A DNA stretch of 57,822 nt, filler included, from Globobulimina sp. (taxonomy: Eukaryota): the NCBI GenBank assembly GCA_003354225.1. It is 7 parts of 7 records of this genome, joined end to end, with 100 filler letters (N's around TTAATTAATTAA, not from the genome) between each part and the next. Parts side by side here need not be neighbours in the genome. Positions count along the whole stretch, not along the records: positions 8,378 to 16,602 come from PIVH01000091.1; positions 16,703 to 24,915 come from PIVH01000092.1; 5 more parts are not named here. One strand, 5' to 3'. Positions within the stretch are counted from its first letter, which is position 1. Every line of letters starts with the position of its first letter. The position numbers and the translations under genes were made by a program. The notes under the pieces were generated by a model that did no database searches, was not told the DNA's origin, and saw only the letters and a list, made by a program, of their open reading frames with translations. Shown one piece after another: positions 10,809-22,879 of this stretch.

Positions 10809-12613
10809 TTATATTTTCATATAACATTTGTACGGCGAAATGGCTCTTATACTCAATGGTTGTTTTAACCATTTAATAAAATTTGCATATTCATGCATAT
10901 CATTTTCATAATTCATTTGCGGATTATTTGCAAATTGGTATCTACCGAAATAATCAGGCTTCGTTTCAGCTAATTTTAGATTGAATGTATTACATAATTC
11001 GCTAAATTCTAACATTTTGAACCTAGATAGTCGATCTGGTAAGAAATTAAAAGCAGATGGAAGCCATACAAAATGTACATAAATTTTGTATTTTATCATT
11101 AATAAACATAATTCAAATACGAATATCATCATATTATAGGACGAGGACCATTTTCTAACCATTGAATAGTAACATGATGCATTATCAATATATAATTTTA
11201 AGGTTTTTCCTGTTAATAAACGTTTATGGGACTCAATCAATGTAAGGACGCAATGGGCCTCTTTTTGATTTATGGACAGATTTAAGTCATTTTTATTGAA
11301 TTTATATTTTGCGAATAATGAATCAATTACATATCCAGCACCTTCTTCGCATGCATCAGTTGCCGCAAATACATTAATTGACGGATTATTTAAGATTGTA
11401 TACATTGACACAATTTTTATGTTATCAATCCATTTCAGCCAGAAACGTAAATCATTTATGACTGAAATTGGTAATATTATGCCATCCAATTTATTTATTC
11501 GACCATTTCGTATATTTTTATGAATGTAAGCCAATGATCTGTAAGCTAAGGCTTTTGTGGCTTTGTTTAACTGGCTCCAATGCATTATTTTGCCAGTTAA
11601 TGATTCTAAGGCGCGACCTGTGACAATTCTGTATTTTATAACTAATGAAATAAAGTATTTTAATCTTTTTAAAGCTAAATCAGGTATTTTTAATGTTTTA
11701 TTTATTAAATTCCAATAAATACCGTAAATGACACCTTTTCTCACATTATCCACAGATTTATGCTCAGAGACTTTTACCTTTAATTCACGTAAGAGATTAT
11801 CGAACAAATTTGTTAATAAAATACAGTCAGATTTGGATTTTGCAGCAATTACAAAATCATCAATGTGGACTAATATGGAGTTTATCAGATGTTGCTGTTT
11901 TTTATTTAAAATGCAATTATTAAGAATCCACACTAAAATGGTTGAGAAATATTGGGAGTTACCAGGGGCTGACGAGACACCGTATGGTTGGCTACGATCT
12001 CTGAAACGTAGACCAAATATGGAGTAACCAACAAAATCTGCATCACTTTCAGGCAATTTTATTTGTCTGAAAAAATCAGCTAAATCACGTAACGACATAT
12101 ATTCATTATTTATTAATAACTTTGTGTATGTTTTCAAGTTAGGAAGGTCTCTCATATTGCATTTTTCTTTGCGAATCCATTGATTTATTGCTGTTTTGCC
12201 GGATGCATGAAATGAGCCATTACGAATGACTCTCGTTTTGGTATACAACCCAAATTCATCTTTTTTGGGTGTACCAAAAATCATTAATACATATTTTGGA
12301 TCGTAATTAATAGGCTCAATTTGGCCTTTCTTACATTCTTCAGATAATTTATCGATAAACGCAGTAATATCATTTTTAGAGCATATTGAATTGTTGATTT
12401 TTGTTGAGAGGTTCGAAGGTTCCCAACCTTTGTTATGGAAGGATTTCCATAAAGGAAAGCCATTTTCAATGAAATGAATTTCTAATTTGCCATTTTGTTT
12501 GTTTTTAAGGTATTTCCTGAATGCATTTATATTGAAATGAAGTTTGTTTTTATAACCTTCGGCATGCAATGTTTGTAAATTTTTTACTTTTACAGATAAC
12601 GAAGGATCGATCA
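10809..12613 (-). CDS. Reverse transcriptase-RNase H of element 2
   Basis: RT motifs FIENGFPL, IFGTPKK, RVIRNGS, LRDLADFFRQI, QPYGVSSAP, HIDDF, IYGIYWN. RNaseH motifs ATDAC, NQKEA, YIDN, NFLPDRLSR. The track GTG start is the G of a cAG acceptor. Confidence 0.92.
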
Positions 12614-12939
12614 CTGGTTTTTTTTAGTGTTGACAGAGCAGAAATTATTTACAGATAAAGTATTTTATACAACAAACAAATGCAAAGATTAACATAAATA
12701 TTAACTTTACATTGAGCTAATTTAAAGGTTTGTAAATATTAAATAATAAATGTTGGGAAAAAAGTAAACAAAAAGTTGGAAAATTTAAAGGAAGGTTTGG
12801 TAGAAATGAATAAAAAATTAGTAAATTAGTATGAAAATTTAATATTATCTGTACAGAAATATCCAGATAAAAATGTACCGCAAATATCAAAATTTTATAT
12901 AAATATAATAATGAATATTCATACAAATGATATAATTGG

Positions 12940-13985
12940 CTAAATTTTGTCGCAATTCATTAATGGATGATCTTTATTATCAATAATACAAATATGAGCT
13001 CTCGGGCAATTATCGCCTAATCGACAATAATTATAAGCATTATAGAAGCAGCAATATTTGCTTTTTAATGAAAATGCTGTGCCAGTTTTTGCTAATAAAT
13101 TTTGGCACACTTTTTCGGCCGCTTTTGGATTTAAATTACGATTCTTTTTGGGAGGTTCATTGTGTTTTTTATTTGGATTATTATTATTTGATTTATCCAT
13201 TTTATTATTATAGTTCGTCGGCCACGTTTTTTTATGTTGGTTGTTGTAATTATTTTTATCCGGAAATATTACCTGTTTTTGATCATTATTTGTTTTTAAT
13301 TTATCCAAAATTAGCGCATCTTTCAATACTTGTAATACATTATTTGATTTATCATAAAATTCAGATTGATCGTAATATAAAAATGTGGATGATAATAATT
13401 GATCTAATGTCAATTTTGATTTTGTTGCAATTTGGGATTGCATGAAATTCGATGAAAATGTAATATAATAAGAATTATTTCTATCCAATGCATGTTTTAT
13501 TCCTTTATTTATCCATGAAAATAACGAAGAAGGTGAAACTCGAATATTTTTAATTAATGGTAGTAATAATTCAGAATATTTTGATAAATCAAACATTTTA
13601 TATGCACAGAAAATTCTAATTGTACGAAAGAGTAAAGATTGATCTGTATCCGCTGGAATTATTAAGCTTAAACTGTCTGAAATTAATTTGATAAATGACA
13701 ATATATAATTATTAATATTTACAGCATTCCATTTGTTTACAAACAGTGATTTAAGTTCTTTTGACATTGATTGGTGATCAATATTTTTAATGTTTGGATT
13801 TAAATATTTGAATATTTTATAATACAAATCATAAATACTAAATTCATCTGATACATAACCGCTGAAAAAGAGAATTAATTCAATTTTTACTGCAAACTTA
13901 TCATTTTTGGTTATTATATTTTTAATTTTTGATGAATTTGATGGGGAATATAATTTAATAATATTTTGTAAATTAAAGTTGCCAT
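12940..13985 (-). CDS. Element 2 Gag-like exon 2 with C-terminal CCCH finger and degenerate knuckle
   Basis: Frame open from 13995; CCFYNAYNYCRLGDNCPRAHICIIDNKDHPLMNC; acceptor ctttgttcAG at 13987-13986. Confidence 0.8.
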
Positions 13986-14215
13986 CTGAACAAAGTTAAA
14001 ATTCACAAAACTAACAAATACACATTGTAAATAGGAGAGAATTGCGGTTGTTGTATAATATAAATGAAATTGGAGACAATGGAGAATTTAATAATAAATT
14101 CAATCGTAAGAAGTGGTCTTTTATCACAGACTAAGCGCCAGAAAGCATTAAAAATAAACCAAAGCCGTCGCAAACATTATAAAATTTGGAGAAAAAGAAA
14201 TAAAAAGGTATTAAC
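13986..14215 (-). other. Predicted phase-1 intron (230 nt) in element 2 ORF1/Gag
   Basis: gaa a|GTTAAT ... ttgttcAG|at ggc; joining gives an in-frame 1066-aa protein. Confidence 0.62.
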
Positions 14216-16370
14216 TTTCTAATTCTGTTAAAACGTCGTTGTTTGTAATACGAGTGCCCGATGGGGTATATTTTGTATTTAATAAGGTATTTAATTGTGT
14301 AATTACTTTGTTTTTTCGTTTTGCGACGACTTGGTCCACCATTACGACAATGGGATCTTGTTTTTTTTGTTTATCTATTATAAATCCTGTGATTTTGTTT
14401 GTATTTACAGATTCCAGACATTCAACGGTATTCGGATCATCATTATTATAATCAAACTTAGGTTTAATTGCATAATTTAAGCTGTCTTGGATTCGTTTGT
14501 TTTCGTCGAACTTCTGCTGAAATTCACGTGATATCTCCGTGCGAAGTACGGCTAAATCAGCAGCAGTAATTGGTTGCGGATTATGTTTATTAATTGGATT
14601 ATTTATATTATTTGATTTGTGTTCAAATTTATTTGGCGCTAAATTTCTTTGAGTCGCAGTACTGTGTACATTGGTGATTTGTGGATAAGTAACACTTTGT
14701 TGTGTTCTTTGTGTATTGGTGCTGTTATGTTGTGTGTTATTCGTTGGATTTCTCATAATTTGTGTATTCTGACGATTTTGTGCTGTGCTGTTTAGTCTCC
14801 TTCGTTTTAAGGGAGGTTCGAAAGTGATGGGATTGTTGGAAAAAGCGTTGGTATTTTTGTTGGGGGAATTATTAGAAAGTAAACCATAAGGAATTAACCT
14901 GTTTGATAAAGTGGTTATATATTTGTTTAAGTTTTTAATATTGCGATATTTGTCAATTATTCCTGTATCCAATAGGTTTTTGGTGACAGTAGTTAACATT
15001 TTAGGATATAAGCGATTAAATTGCAAATCATTTAAGTTGCCGATATATTTAATATAAGCTTTTATTGTGCCGTGTTTATTTGGGGGAGTATTTACGTCGA
15101 AATCAAAAATAACTATATTTGCAATTATCGCTGTTAAAATAGATCCGATATTGGTTTGGGAATTGTAACTATTTATTTTATCCATTTTATCTGCTTCAGT
15201 TATCAATGAATTCATGAAATTATTGAAATTATTTTCGTTGTCATCTATCATCATTTGGTATGGGTCTTCTTTTCTTAATAGATTCGTTATGGAATTTGCC
15301 GCAGTATCCATTGAAAATAAATTGTCTAATTTTGAAGGAATAGTTGGTAAATTTGGAAGGCGGGGCTGTATATTTGAAGTAAAATTATTATTTGTTGGTG
15401 ACGTAGTATTTAAAATATGATCGATTGATGATTGTATATTTCGTGGTTTATTTAACACCGTGATACTCGGAGTTTGATTTTGATTTTGATGAATCGGGGG
15501 CGGTAAATTCACAGTAGAATTATTATTATCATTAAAGCTTACACGATTTTGGTTATTTGAGGTTAATTCAGCACCATTTTCAGATTTGCTGTTATGATTT
15601 TTTTGTATTGGACTTAACGTGGAAGATAATTGTGAGGGTAATGATGTTTGTAACCCTTTGTATAAAGCTAAGCAATCAGTATTTATTGCATTTGCTTCAT
15701 TTTGTGATTCAGACGTATTTTTTATGATTTCTTGTATTGATTTGGAAGATAAAGAATCTAAATAATGTATACAATTAAATTGACGTACATCGGAATATAC
15801 GGCAAAGCTGGCGGTTTCTTTGAATTTTTTAATTTGATCTGCTTTGAATTCGGAGCATGATAAGTAAATTAAGTCAGAAAGATTCCGGACTTTGGCTGAA
15901 GAGTCCCTGTTGGCTCTAATATAGCAATTTCTTAGGAATAATTTCAAGGAATCTAATAATGAGCGAGATGATGTATTTGTGAACCAAATAAAATTATTAT
16001 TTACTTGGGCATAATATAAAAATAATAAGATTTCACATTTATTAAAATATAAGTCTGGTTTCGATGGATCTGGTTTTTGATTAAAGGATGATTTAAGTAT
16101 TGCTTTACCAAAGCTTACTTTCCAATTTTTCATGGACATTTTCTTGATATCCTCTTTATCCAATAAATCCATAAAATTATCGAAATGTAATGAGCTGTAC
16201 GGAGTTGAAGCCACTATTTTTTGGATTTTATTATCATTATTTTTTGTTTCTTGTGCTATGCTATGTGTTTTTTGTGTATTGTTATCTCTTTTATTTTTGT
16301 TTTTATTGACTTTTGGTTGATAACCTTGTTGGAATAAATTGCTTTTGTGTGGTTTATTTGTTTTATCCAT
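14216..16370 (-). CDS. Element 2 ORF1 / leader exon (718 codons); N/Q-rich, with NLS-like PPLKRRR
   Basis: Long ATG-initiated ORF preceding the zinc-finger module; unspliced stop at 14211. Confidence 0.78.
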
Positions 16371-17246
16371 TATTAAATTGCAATAATGATTTGTTTCAAA
16401 CTGTTGTTTGTTATTTGAGTTTGGTTTTTGTTTCTTATTAGGTTTTAAGTTTTTGCAGCGTTATCACGTTAGAGATAGAGAAGCAAAAAGTTGAAGAGAA
16501 GTTTTTGTACACACTTCAAAAAAGATACACACTTTTTTGACAAACGCACACAACACCAAACTTAAAATAATTAGATCAAAATGAAATGTTAATATAAGTT
16601 ATNNNNNNNNNNNNNNNNNNNNNNNNNNNNNNNNNNNNNNNNNNNNTTAATTAATTAANNNNNNNNNNNNNNNNNNNNNNNNNNNNNNNNNNNNNNNNNN
16701 NNAACTTGTTAACACAAATCTATTGGTCGCGTCATGGTGTAATACAAAACGTTTCATTCTCTCCTTTCCTGATTGCAACCAATAAAAAATAATGGTTCAA
16801 CATGAACAATAAAAAAATGGGCTTGCCAGAAACATATATACCAATTTCAAATTCCACACATAAATGATCATAAAATCATCATTTTCATGTAATATCATCG
16901 TTTATATCCTTTATAATTGTCATTTCTATCATTTATAGTTAATGGTAATAGTGGATGGTTGATGATTGATAAGCAAACAGATACACCTTGTGGTAGTTTC
17001 ATTGTGTTGTGGCAGAATGAGGAAAAAGTCAATGTTGTCAACCTAACGTAAAGTTTTTTCAAAATAATCTACTCATCCTTAAAATTAAAAAAACATTTTT
17101 ATACGATAACTCAAGAAGAATGAAATTACTTCGAAGCCTAATTTCGTTACAAATTGAAGGTATAATTTATTAGGTACATCAACCGATACATGTACATCAA
17201 AATGTATATCAACATATAAAAAGCTCCAAATGAAACCTGTGTTGAT

Positions 17247-18746
17247 ATGCATGGTACAGAGCAGTATCAAAGCGCAGAATTAATACGACCGAAACTGTTG
17301 CCACAATCAAATAAGGCATCAAAACCATTTGCATATTCATCAATGAACATTGCAAAACATCAAAAACAGCAACATTGCAAAACGCATACAAAAAAAGAAC
17401 AAAAGCGACAAAAAGACGAAAAACAATCAGAACAGAAACAAGAAACCACTCAAACTACTTTACATTTACAGGTCAACGAATCGTTTAGAAATCTAACGTT
17501 GCCTTCAAATTATGACTTAAATCTAAATAAAGTGAATATTAATTATATGATCGACGATGTATCACTTGAATCCATGTCAAGCTGTACCAGCAATATGCAA
17601 TTGACATTAAGTGGTTCGTCATACACATTGTCCGACAATTGCAACATATACAATATATGTGATATGGATGCAAATGCACAAGACATTGAAATGAGGATCT
17701 TCCCATCCGATGATTTCCGGTTTATGTACAATATCGGCCATGGGGCCTTTGGTATTGTTCACAAAGACTTTCATATCAAATCCTGCCAAGTTGTGGCCAT
17801 TAAACAGTGCAGATCCACCAATTGCAGATCATTCAAAAAAGAAATCGAAATATACAAAGAATGCAAGGAATGCAAATATATTATCAATATGATCGAATAT
17901 GGAGTCATCGAAAGAGAGAATAAGATTTGCATAGCATTGGAATATATGAATATGTCCTCATTGAACAAAAACAAATATCTGTTCAATAAACGACAGATGA
18001 AATATATTTGTGTCTGCATATTGAAGGCACTGTGCTTTTTACACAAAAAGCTTTACATTCATCAAGACATTAAGCCCGATAACATTCTATTTAATGACAA
18101 TTGGGATATAAAATTAACTGACTTTGGCTGCGTGACACAGATGAAAGATATCAATATTCCGTTAACGAAAACATTCGGCGGAACAGAATATTATCAGAGC
18201 TATGAAAAACGGTTCATTTCGCCGGTCGGATATACCACAAAATCTGATATTTATTCATTTGGAATTACAATTTGTGAGTTATTGTCACAGCGACAGATCA
18301 TTAACAAAGACGTTGTTTTACCCTTTGAAATTCCTAAAGAAATTTGTGTAAAACATCACAAATCAGACGAGAATTTGATTGATTTTTTGAGTAAATGTTT
18401 GGACCGAAATTATAAACAACGATGGAATGCGCAACAATTATTAAAGCATACTTTTTTAAATGATCATGATATGAATGAGATGGATGACGAAAATAAAGAG
18501 ATGGATAAATTGGAGGATATGGATGATTTGGAATTTATGACAAACACTTTGATCGATTATTATTCACATTATAAACATAATAAAAATAACAATAATATCT
18601 CAGTTGTTACACCAATCGATAATATATGGAGTGATGGCGAGAGAATACAAAATATGGCCAAATCGAGTGGGTTTGCGGTACAATTTGTGCAGGATTTTAT
18701 ATCCAAGGAAGTAAGAAATATCAAAAACAAATATCTAAAAATATAA
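17247..18746 (+). CDS. Ser/Thr protein kinase, STE/MAP2K-like (5' end uncertain)
   Basis: IGHGAFGIV, VAIK, ICIALEYM, IHQDIKPDN, DFG, GTEYYQSYE, SDIYSFG. Confidence 0.88.
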   Translation: MHGTEQYQSAELIRPKLLPQSNKASKPFAYSSMNIAKHQKQQHCKTHTKKEQKRQKDEKQSEQKQETTQTTLHLQVNESFRNLTLPSNYDLNLNKVNINYMIDDVSLESMSSCTSNMQLTLSGSSYTLSDNCNIYNICDMDANAQDIEMRIFPSDDFRFMYNIGHGAFGIVHKDFHIKSCQVVAIKQCRSTNCRSFKKEIEIYKECKECKYIINMIEYGVIERENKICIALEYMNMSSLNKNKYLFNKRQMKYICVCILKALCFLHKKLYIHQDIKPDNILFNDNWDIKLTDFGCVTQMKDINIPLTKTFGGTEYYQSYEKRFISPVGYTTKSDIYSFGITICELLSQRQIINKDVVLPFEIPKEICVKHHKSDENLIDFLSKCLDRNYKQRWNAQQLLKHTFLNDHDMNEMDDENKEMDKLEDMDDLEFMTNTLIDYYSHYKHNKNNNNISVVTPIDNIWSDGERIQNMAKSSGFAVQFVQDFISKEVRNIKNKYLKI

Positions 18747-19033
18747 AACATTGTTCTAGCACAAGGGGTGTTTAATTAATAATTATTAAAATATTATAAA
18801 TTAAATTAATTATTCGTTAGTTGCTATAGAGTTAAAATTAATTATTAACAATATTATTAATAACAATTTGACTGCATTTTAAAATTCTGACTATTGTAAT
18901 TAAAACATGCAGATTAAACACATTCAGAGTGAAATGAACCGTTTTTAAAACCTGTAACTACGAAATCTCATCGTTTTGATGAGTGACTCAAAAAAAAACA
19001 CTTTCAGTCAACGATGAGTTTTAAAATTTTTCT

Positions 19034-19831
19034 TCAAACTGTAACCTTAAAAAATGGAAATTCCATCGGTTTTCTGAACATTCCAGGTGGGATTTTTACA
19101 CATCGTATTTCCTCATTGTTTAAATAATTATTAAAATGCGGCACAAATCCGAATTTATAATTTTTAGGCAATGCATTAAATTCCATGGTCTCAAAAGTAA
19201 CATCCTCAACAATTCCGATTTTCAAATTAGCAGAATCACAATTTAATAGCATATCTACTTCGTATTCACTTTTATGATTATAACTCCATTTACCACAGTA
19301 TGCAAAGTGACCATTTTTGACGGCATATCCCGTTGATATTCCACCCCAAACTTGTTTGCCACATTCAAAGGACCGGTCTGGATATTTATAAACTTGACTG
19401 ATTGCCCACATTACGCACGAACACCCAATCCTGTCTCCAGGAGATGACACAAAAACTCTCCAACAATGAACTCCCACTATCACCGGTTCCACATCACATA
19501 AAATATACTTATGCTGCAAATCATAATTTGTATGCACTGCAATCGTATCATTGCCACTCAAATGAAAGCATCCACTTTGATATTTTTTGCTGAATTTAAG
19601 CGATTCATAACCATCATAAGAAAATTTGAATATCAAATTTATGATTGAATCTGGCACATATTGTTGCAACAAAATAGATTTTTCTTTTCTACCAACATAT
19701 CCATAAACACACATCTTGGCCTTTTCTTTGGTCAAAAATGAGATACTATTCATCTTGGCTCTTTCTTTGGACGATACACTGTATTGTGTGTTAGCCACAT
19801 CTGTTTGTTTATTGCTTAGCGACTTTCCCAT
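19034..19831 (-). CDS. SPRY/B30.2-like beta-sandwich protein with a possible N-myristoylation start (MGKSLS)
   Basis: GVHCWRV, VDMLLNCDSANLKI and GFVPHFN resemble SPRY strands; preceded by a VYGYV...VPDSIINLIFKF helical motif. Confidence 0.55.
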   Translation of the reverse strand: MGKSLSNKQTDVANTQYSVSSKERAKMNSISFLTKEKAKMCVYGYVGRKEKSILLQQYVPDSIINLIFKFSYDGYESLKFSKKYQSGCFHLSGNDTIAVHTNYDLQHKYILCDVEPVIVGVHCWRVFVSSPGDRIGCSCVMWAISQVYKYPDRSFECGKQVWGGISTGYAVKNGHFAYCGKWSYNHKSEYEVDMLLNCDSANLKIGIVEDVTFETMEFNALPKNYKFGFVPHFNNYLNNEEIRCVKIPPGMFRKPMEFPFFKVTV

Positions 19832-19997
19832 TACGATCTGTATTTTAATTTAGCTCAACAGTTTTGAAAATTATAAAAAAAAGCTCTAATATAAAATAAA
19901 AAGACTGCCAGAACAATAGTAGAGAGAGAAAAACATTAAAATAATTCATTCATTACAATTTCAAACAATATAAGCTCATCTCCTTAACAACAACATT

Positions 19998-22004
19998 TTA
20001 ATAATCATCATCAACAATGAAAGTTGGCATCGTATGTTTCCTTAATTTATGCTCCTCATCATCAACCATTGTGGTCTCCAAACAATCCTCAGCCGATTCA
20101 TCAAAGCCATCCTCCTCCGAACTGCACACATAATAATGTTCCGTATCCTCATTATTCTTCTCATCCTCCCTCGAATTATAGTCATCCGGATCCAGCAATT
20201 CGTGCTCCGTAAACGGTTTCAATTGCAACGACTGTGCACCTCCAAAATGTTTCGCCGGTACACCATTCACAACATCGCGCATACTCTGAGACTTAAACAT
20301 GCGCAGATCCACAGCCATCAATATATTGCCAGACAACCGTTTGTCGCAAACATCGCCCTCTCGCACCTCCTCCTCATCGTTTATAGCCAACAAATGTTCA
20401 TCGACATCCATAACCAACCTCGGCTCTGCAGACTGAGCCTTATAATTTATGTTATTTTCTACAAGTTCAACTTCCTTCTCCTCATAACTCATATTCATAT
20501 TTTGTAACTTGGTGCCGGTGCCTGTATCGATAATAAAAAATATCATAAATTAAAATAAAAATGTACCGTATACGTACCGTCAGAGAACAGACAGTTTTGT
20601 TGAGCTGAACTGGTCCGTATGCCCTTTCGTGTGACTTTCATAAACGATTGACACCAAAATAACAGCTCAGTGGCTTCCGCCGCGCCAAAATACCACTTTC
20701 CAACAGATGTGGTGACAGTGAATATTTTGAGCGATTTTAAGAGCTGTTCCGTTGCAGAATATTTATATTTCAATTTGTTGTCAATTTGATGCGACGATAT
20801 CTTCTCGATTTGAGGGTCAGTCATCGGGATGGATTTATGCACATATTTATGAAAAGCAATGTTATAGTAATCATCCGTCGAATATATACTGTCCGCAAAC
20901 TCAGTGCAAAGCGACTCGCTTTTTAGTGTAAGCAATGCAAAGGGGGTCAATGCAAAATATGACTGCTTCCAATATTTGACATCCTCTGCACGGAAATGTA
21001 AGTAGCCTTGGCATAGAATACTGATTTTGAATGCATTCATAGTGAAATAAAAAGAATCCATAAATTCATCCCTGATTTGCTTGCTCTCTGCGCTGAAAAC
21101 ATGAATTAAATTACTGTTTGTATCATATATTTCGATCGGATATGGCATGGATTGCTTTTGTCCATATTTGATGACAGAGACACAATGATGGTCGATGTCA
21201 ATTTGCTGTTTTACTTTGGTTTTTTTATGATCTTTATAAATGCGAATGATTTTGCTTTGATAAACTTCAATGAAACGTTTTTTCCATTTTGTTTTTAATT
21301 TTTTTTTGGTTTTTCTGGTTAAATATCCATTCAAGATTAACTTGCCAAAGATTGCATACTTTAAATGTATGATCCATTCGTTTAATTGTTGCACATTTGC
21401 ACAGTGTAGCCAATAGGAGCGTTTTTCTGTCATTATATCAAAAGCATTGCGTTTATTGCACACTGAACGGGTATTTATCGGCGCATCGACATAGACATCG
21501 CAATTTATGTCAGCGGTTGACTCATTTTCAGGTGTTTCGATATTGGGTTCATGCTCGTGATCCTCATCGGACGAATCGAAATTACTGCTCAAGGTATGAT
21601 TGGTGGGAGTGGTGATATTGTCATCATCGTTTTCTTTTTCTTTCTCTTTTTTCAAAATAAACATATCTGCAAATGATTTTGCACGCGATTTGCGTTGTTT
21701 TGTGGGAATATTTGAGTATGGCAGAAGTGATAATTCTTTTACGGTGGATAAGTTTATCTCGTTTATGGGCGCTAAATGTGTGATTTCTTTACAGGTATAA
21801 TATGCTAATTTTTTATCTGAAAATAATATGAAGTATCTATTGAATATTGGTGTTGTTTGTGTATGACTGTATGTTGCTGATAAACGGTTTGGTGTACCTT
21901 TTCTTCCAAGATCGGTGGATTTTTCCTTTTTTGTTAAGATATCCTTCATGTAGGACATCCCGAGAGTTTTCGTGGTCTGATTGCTGTTCAGGTTCTTCTG
22001 CCAT
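19998..22004 (-). CDS. Multi-PH-domain protein (3 PH domains); exons 22004-21898, 21836-20578 and 20521-19998
   Basis: Removing the 61-nt intron 21897-21837 restores HEGYLNKKGKIHRSWKKRYFIL. Further PH starts are LNGYLTRK..WKKRF and CQGYLHF..WKQSYF. A 56-nt GTACGT..ACAG intron (20577-20522) joins the acidic tail in frame. Confidence 0.8.
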
Positions 22005-22879
22005 GTTTTAAAGTTGTAAAAAAAAACCTGCAGTGAAAAAAACCTGCCCGATATTAAATACATGTACAACATTGCAATATAAATTTGAATATTTGCGTTT
22101 GGCACAGAAACGTAAAGCGTCCTGTGATTGAAAGAGTGTTTAAATATTCATTATAAATAGACGTATTAATATTTGTGTTTGAATAAGAGAAAGGTGCACG
22201 GCCATTCCCAGAGGTTTCACCGATTTGTGACAACAACAACTTCAAATAACAAACACTTTATTGTGTTATTAAACAATTTGCCTCTGTGGATTTGATCAGA
22301 AAACATGCTGTAATATTTCTGGGATTAATGGGATTAATCGAAATTGAGCATTGTTTATGGATTGATGATCCACCTCTGATTAATTGGCATTTGCGCAAAT
22401 GCCTATCAAAGATACCGTTGCCTTTCTCTTTTTTTGTGACAGTCATAAATAAAAATAATCACAACTGAATCTGTGCAAAAAATATTTCATATCTTGATGA
22501 GAGTTTACTGTTTTTGATGATTTTTTTAATGAATTTAATTTATGAATTTGAGCACTTTTTTGATGACATCTGAAGTTTAGAAGAACGCTTCGCAGATTCT
22601 CATGATTCACTGATTAAAGGTTTAGGATCGATATACAATCGCCAAGTGCAGATATGTTATTTAAATTTAATTTTATATATTAAACAATCTACAATGCGAA
22701 AAAATGAAAATATAAGAAAAAAAAGAAAGGGAAACTGTGTTTTATCATGAAAGGTTTGCATGTAACACAAAATAAACAACAACAAAAAAACAAATATATT
22801 TAACATTTATGCGAATTTGCGAAGCTAAATAAAATAAAATAAAACGAAATAAAAATTGGAATTGGGAAATTATAATTAA

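Larger units (their letters stand above)
8378..16602 (-). mobile_element. Ngaro-like YR retrotransposon, element 2; circular unit of 8106 bp
   Basis: ORF1, zinc-finger Gag module, RT-RNaseH and YR are all on the minus strand; exact 119-nt terminal overlap; no methyltransferase domain. Confidence 0.9.

Noticed and set aside
2803-12614. Prokaryotic interpretation (phage integrase with retron or DGR RT)
   Set aside because: The RT/RNaseH motifs, zinc-finger Gag and splice signals fit eukaryotic DIRS-order elements; no template/variable repeat pair or msr-msd was seen.
12717-12926. Hydrophobic 69-aa ORF between Gag and RT of element 2, as a possible membrane protein
   Set aside because: Non-ATG start, and the composition matches translated T-rich intron-like DNA.
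18967-19018. ctcatcgtt...aacgatgag hairpin containing TGATGAG, as a possible hammerhead ribozyme
   Set aside because: It lacks the CUGAUGA and GAAA core; probably a simple hairpin between convergent genes.
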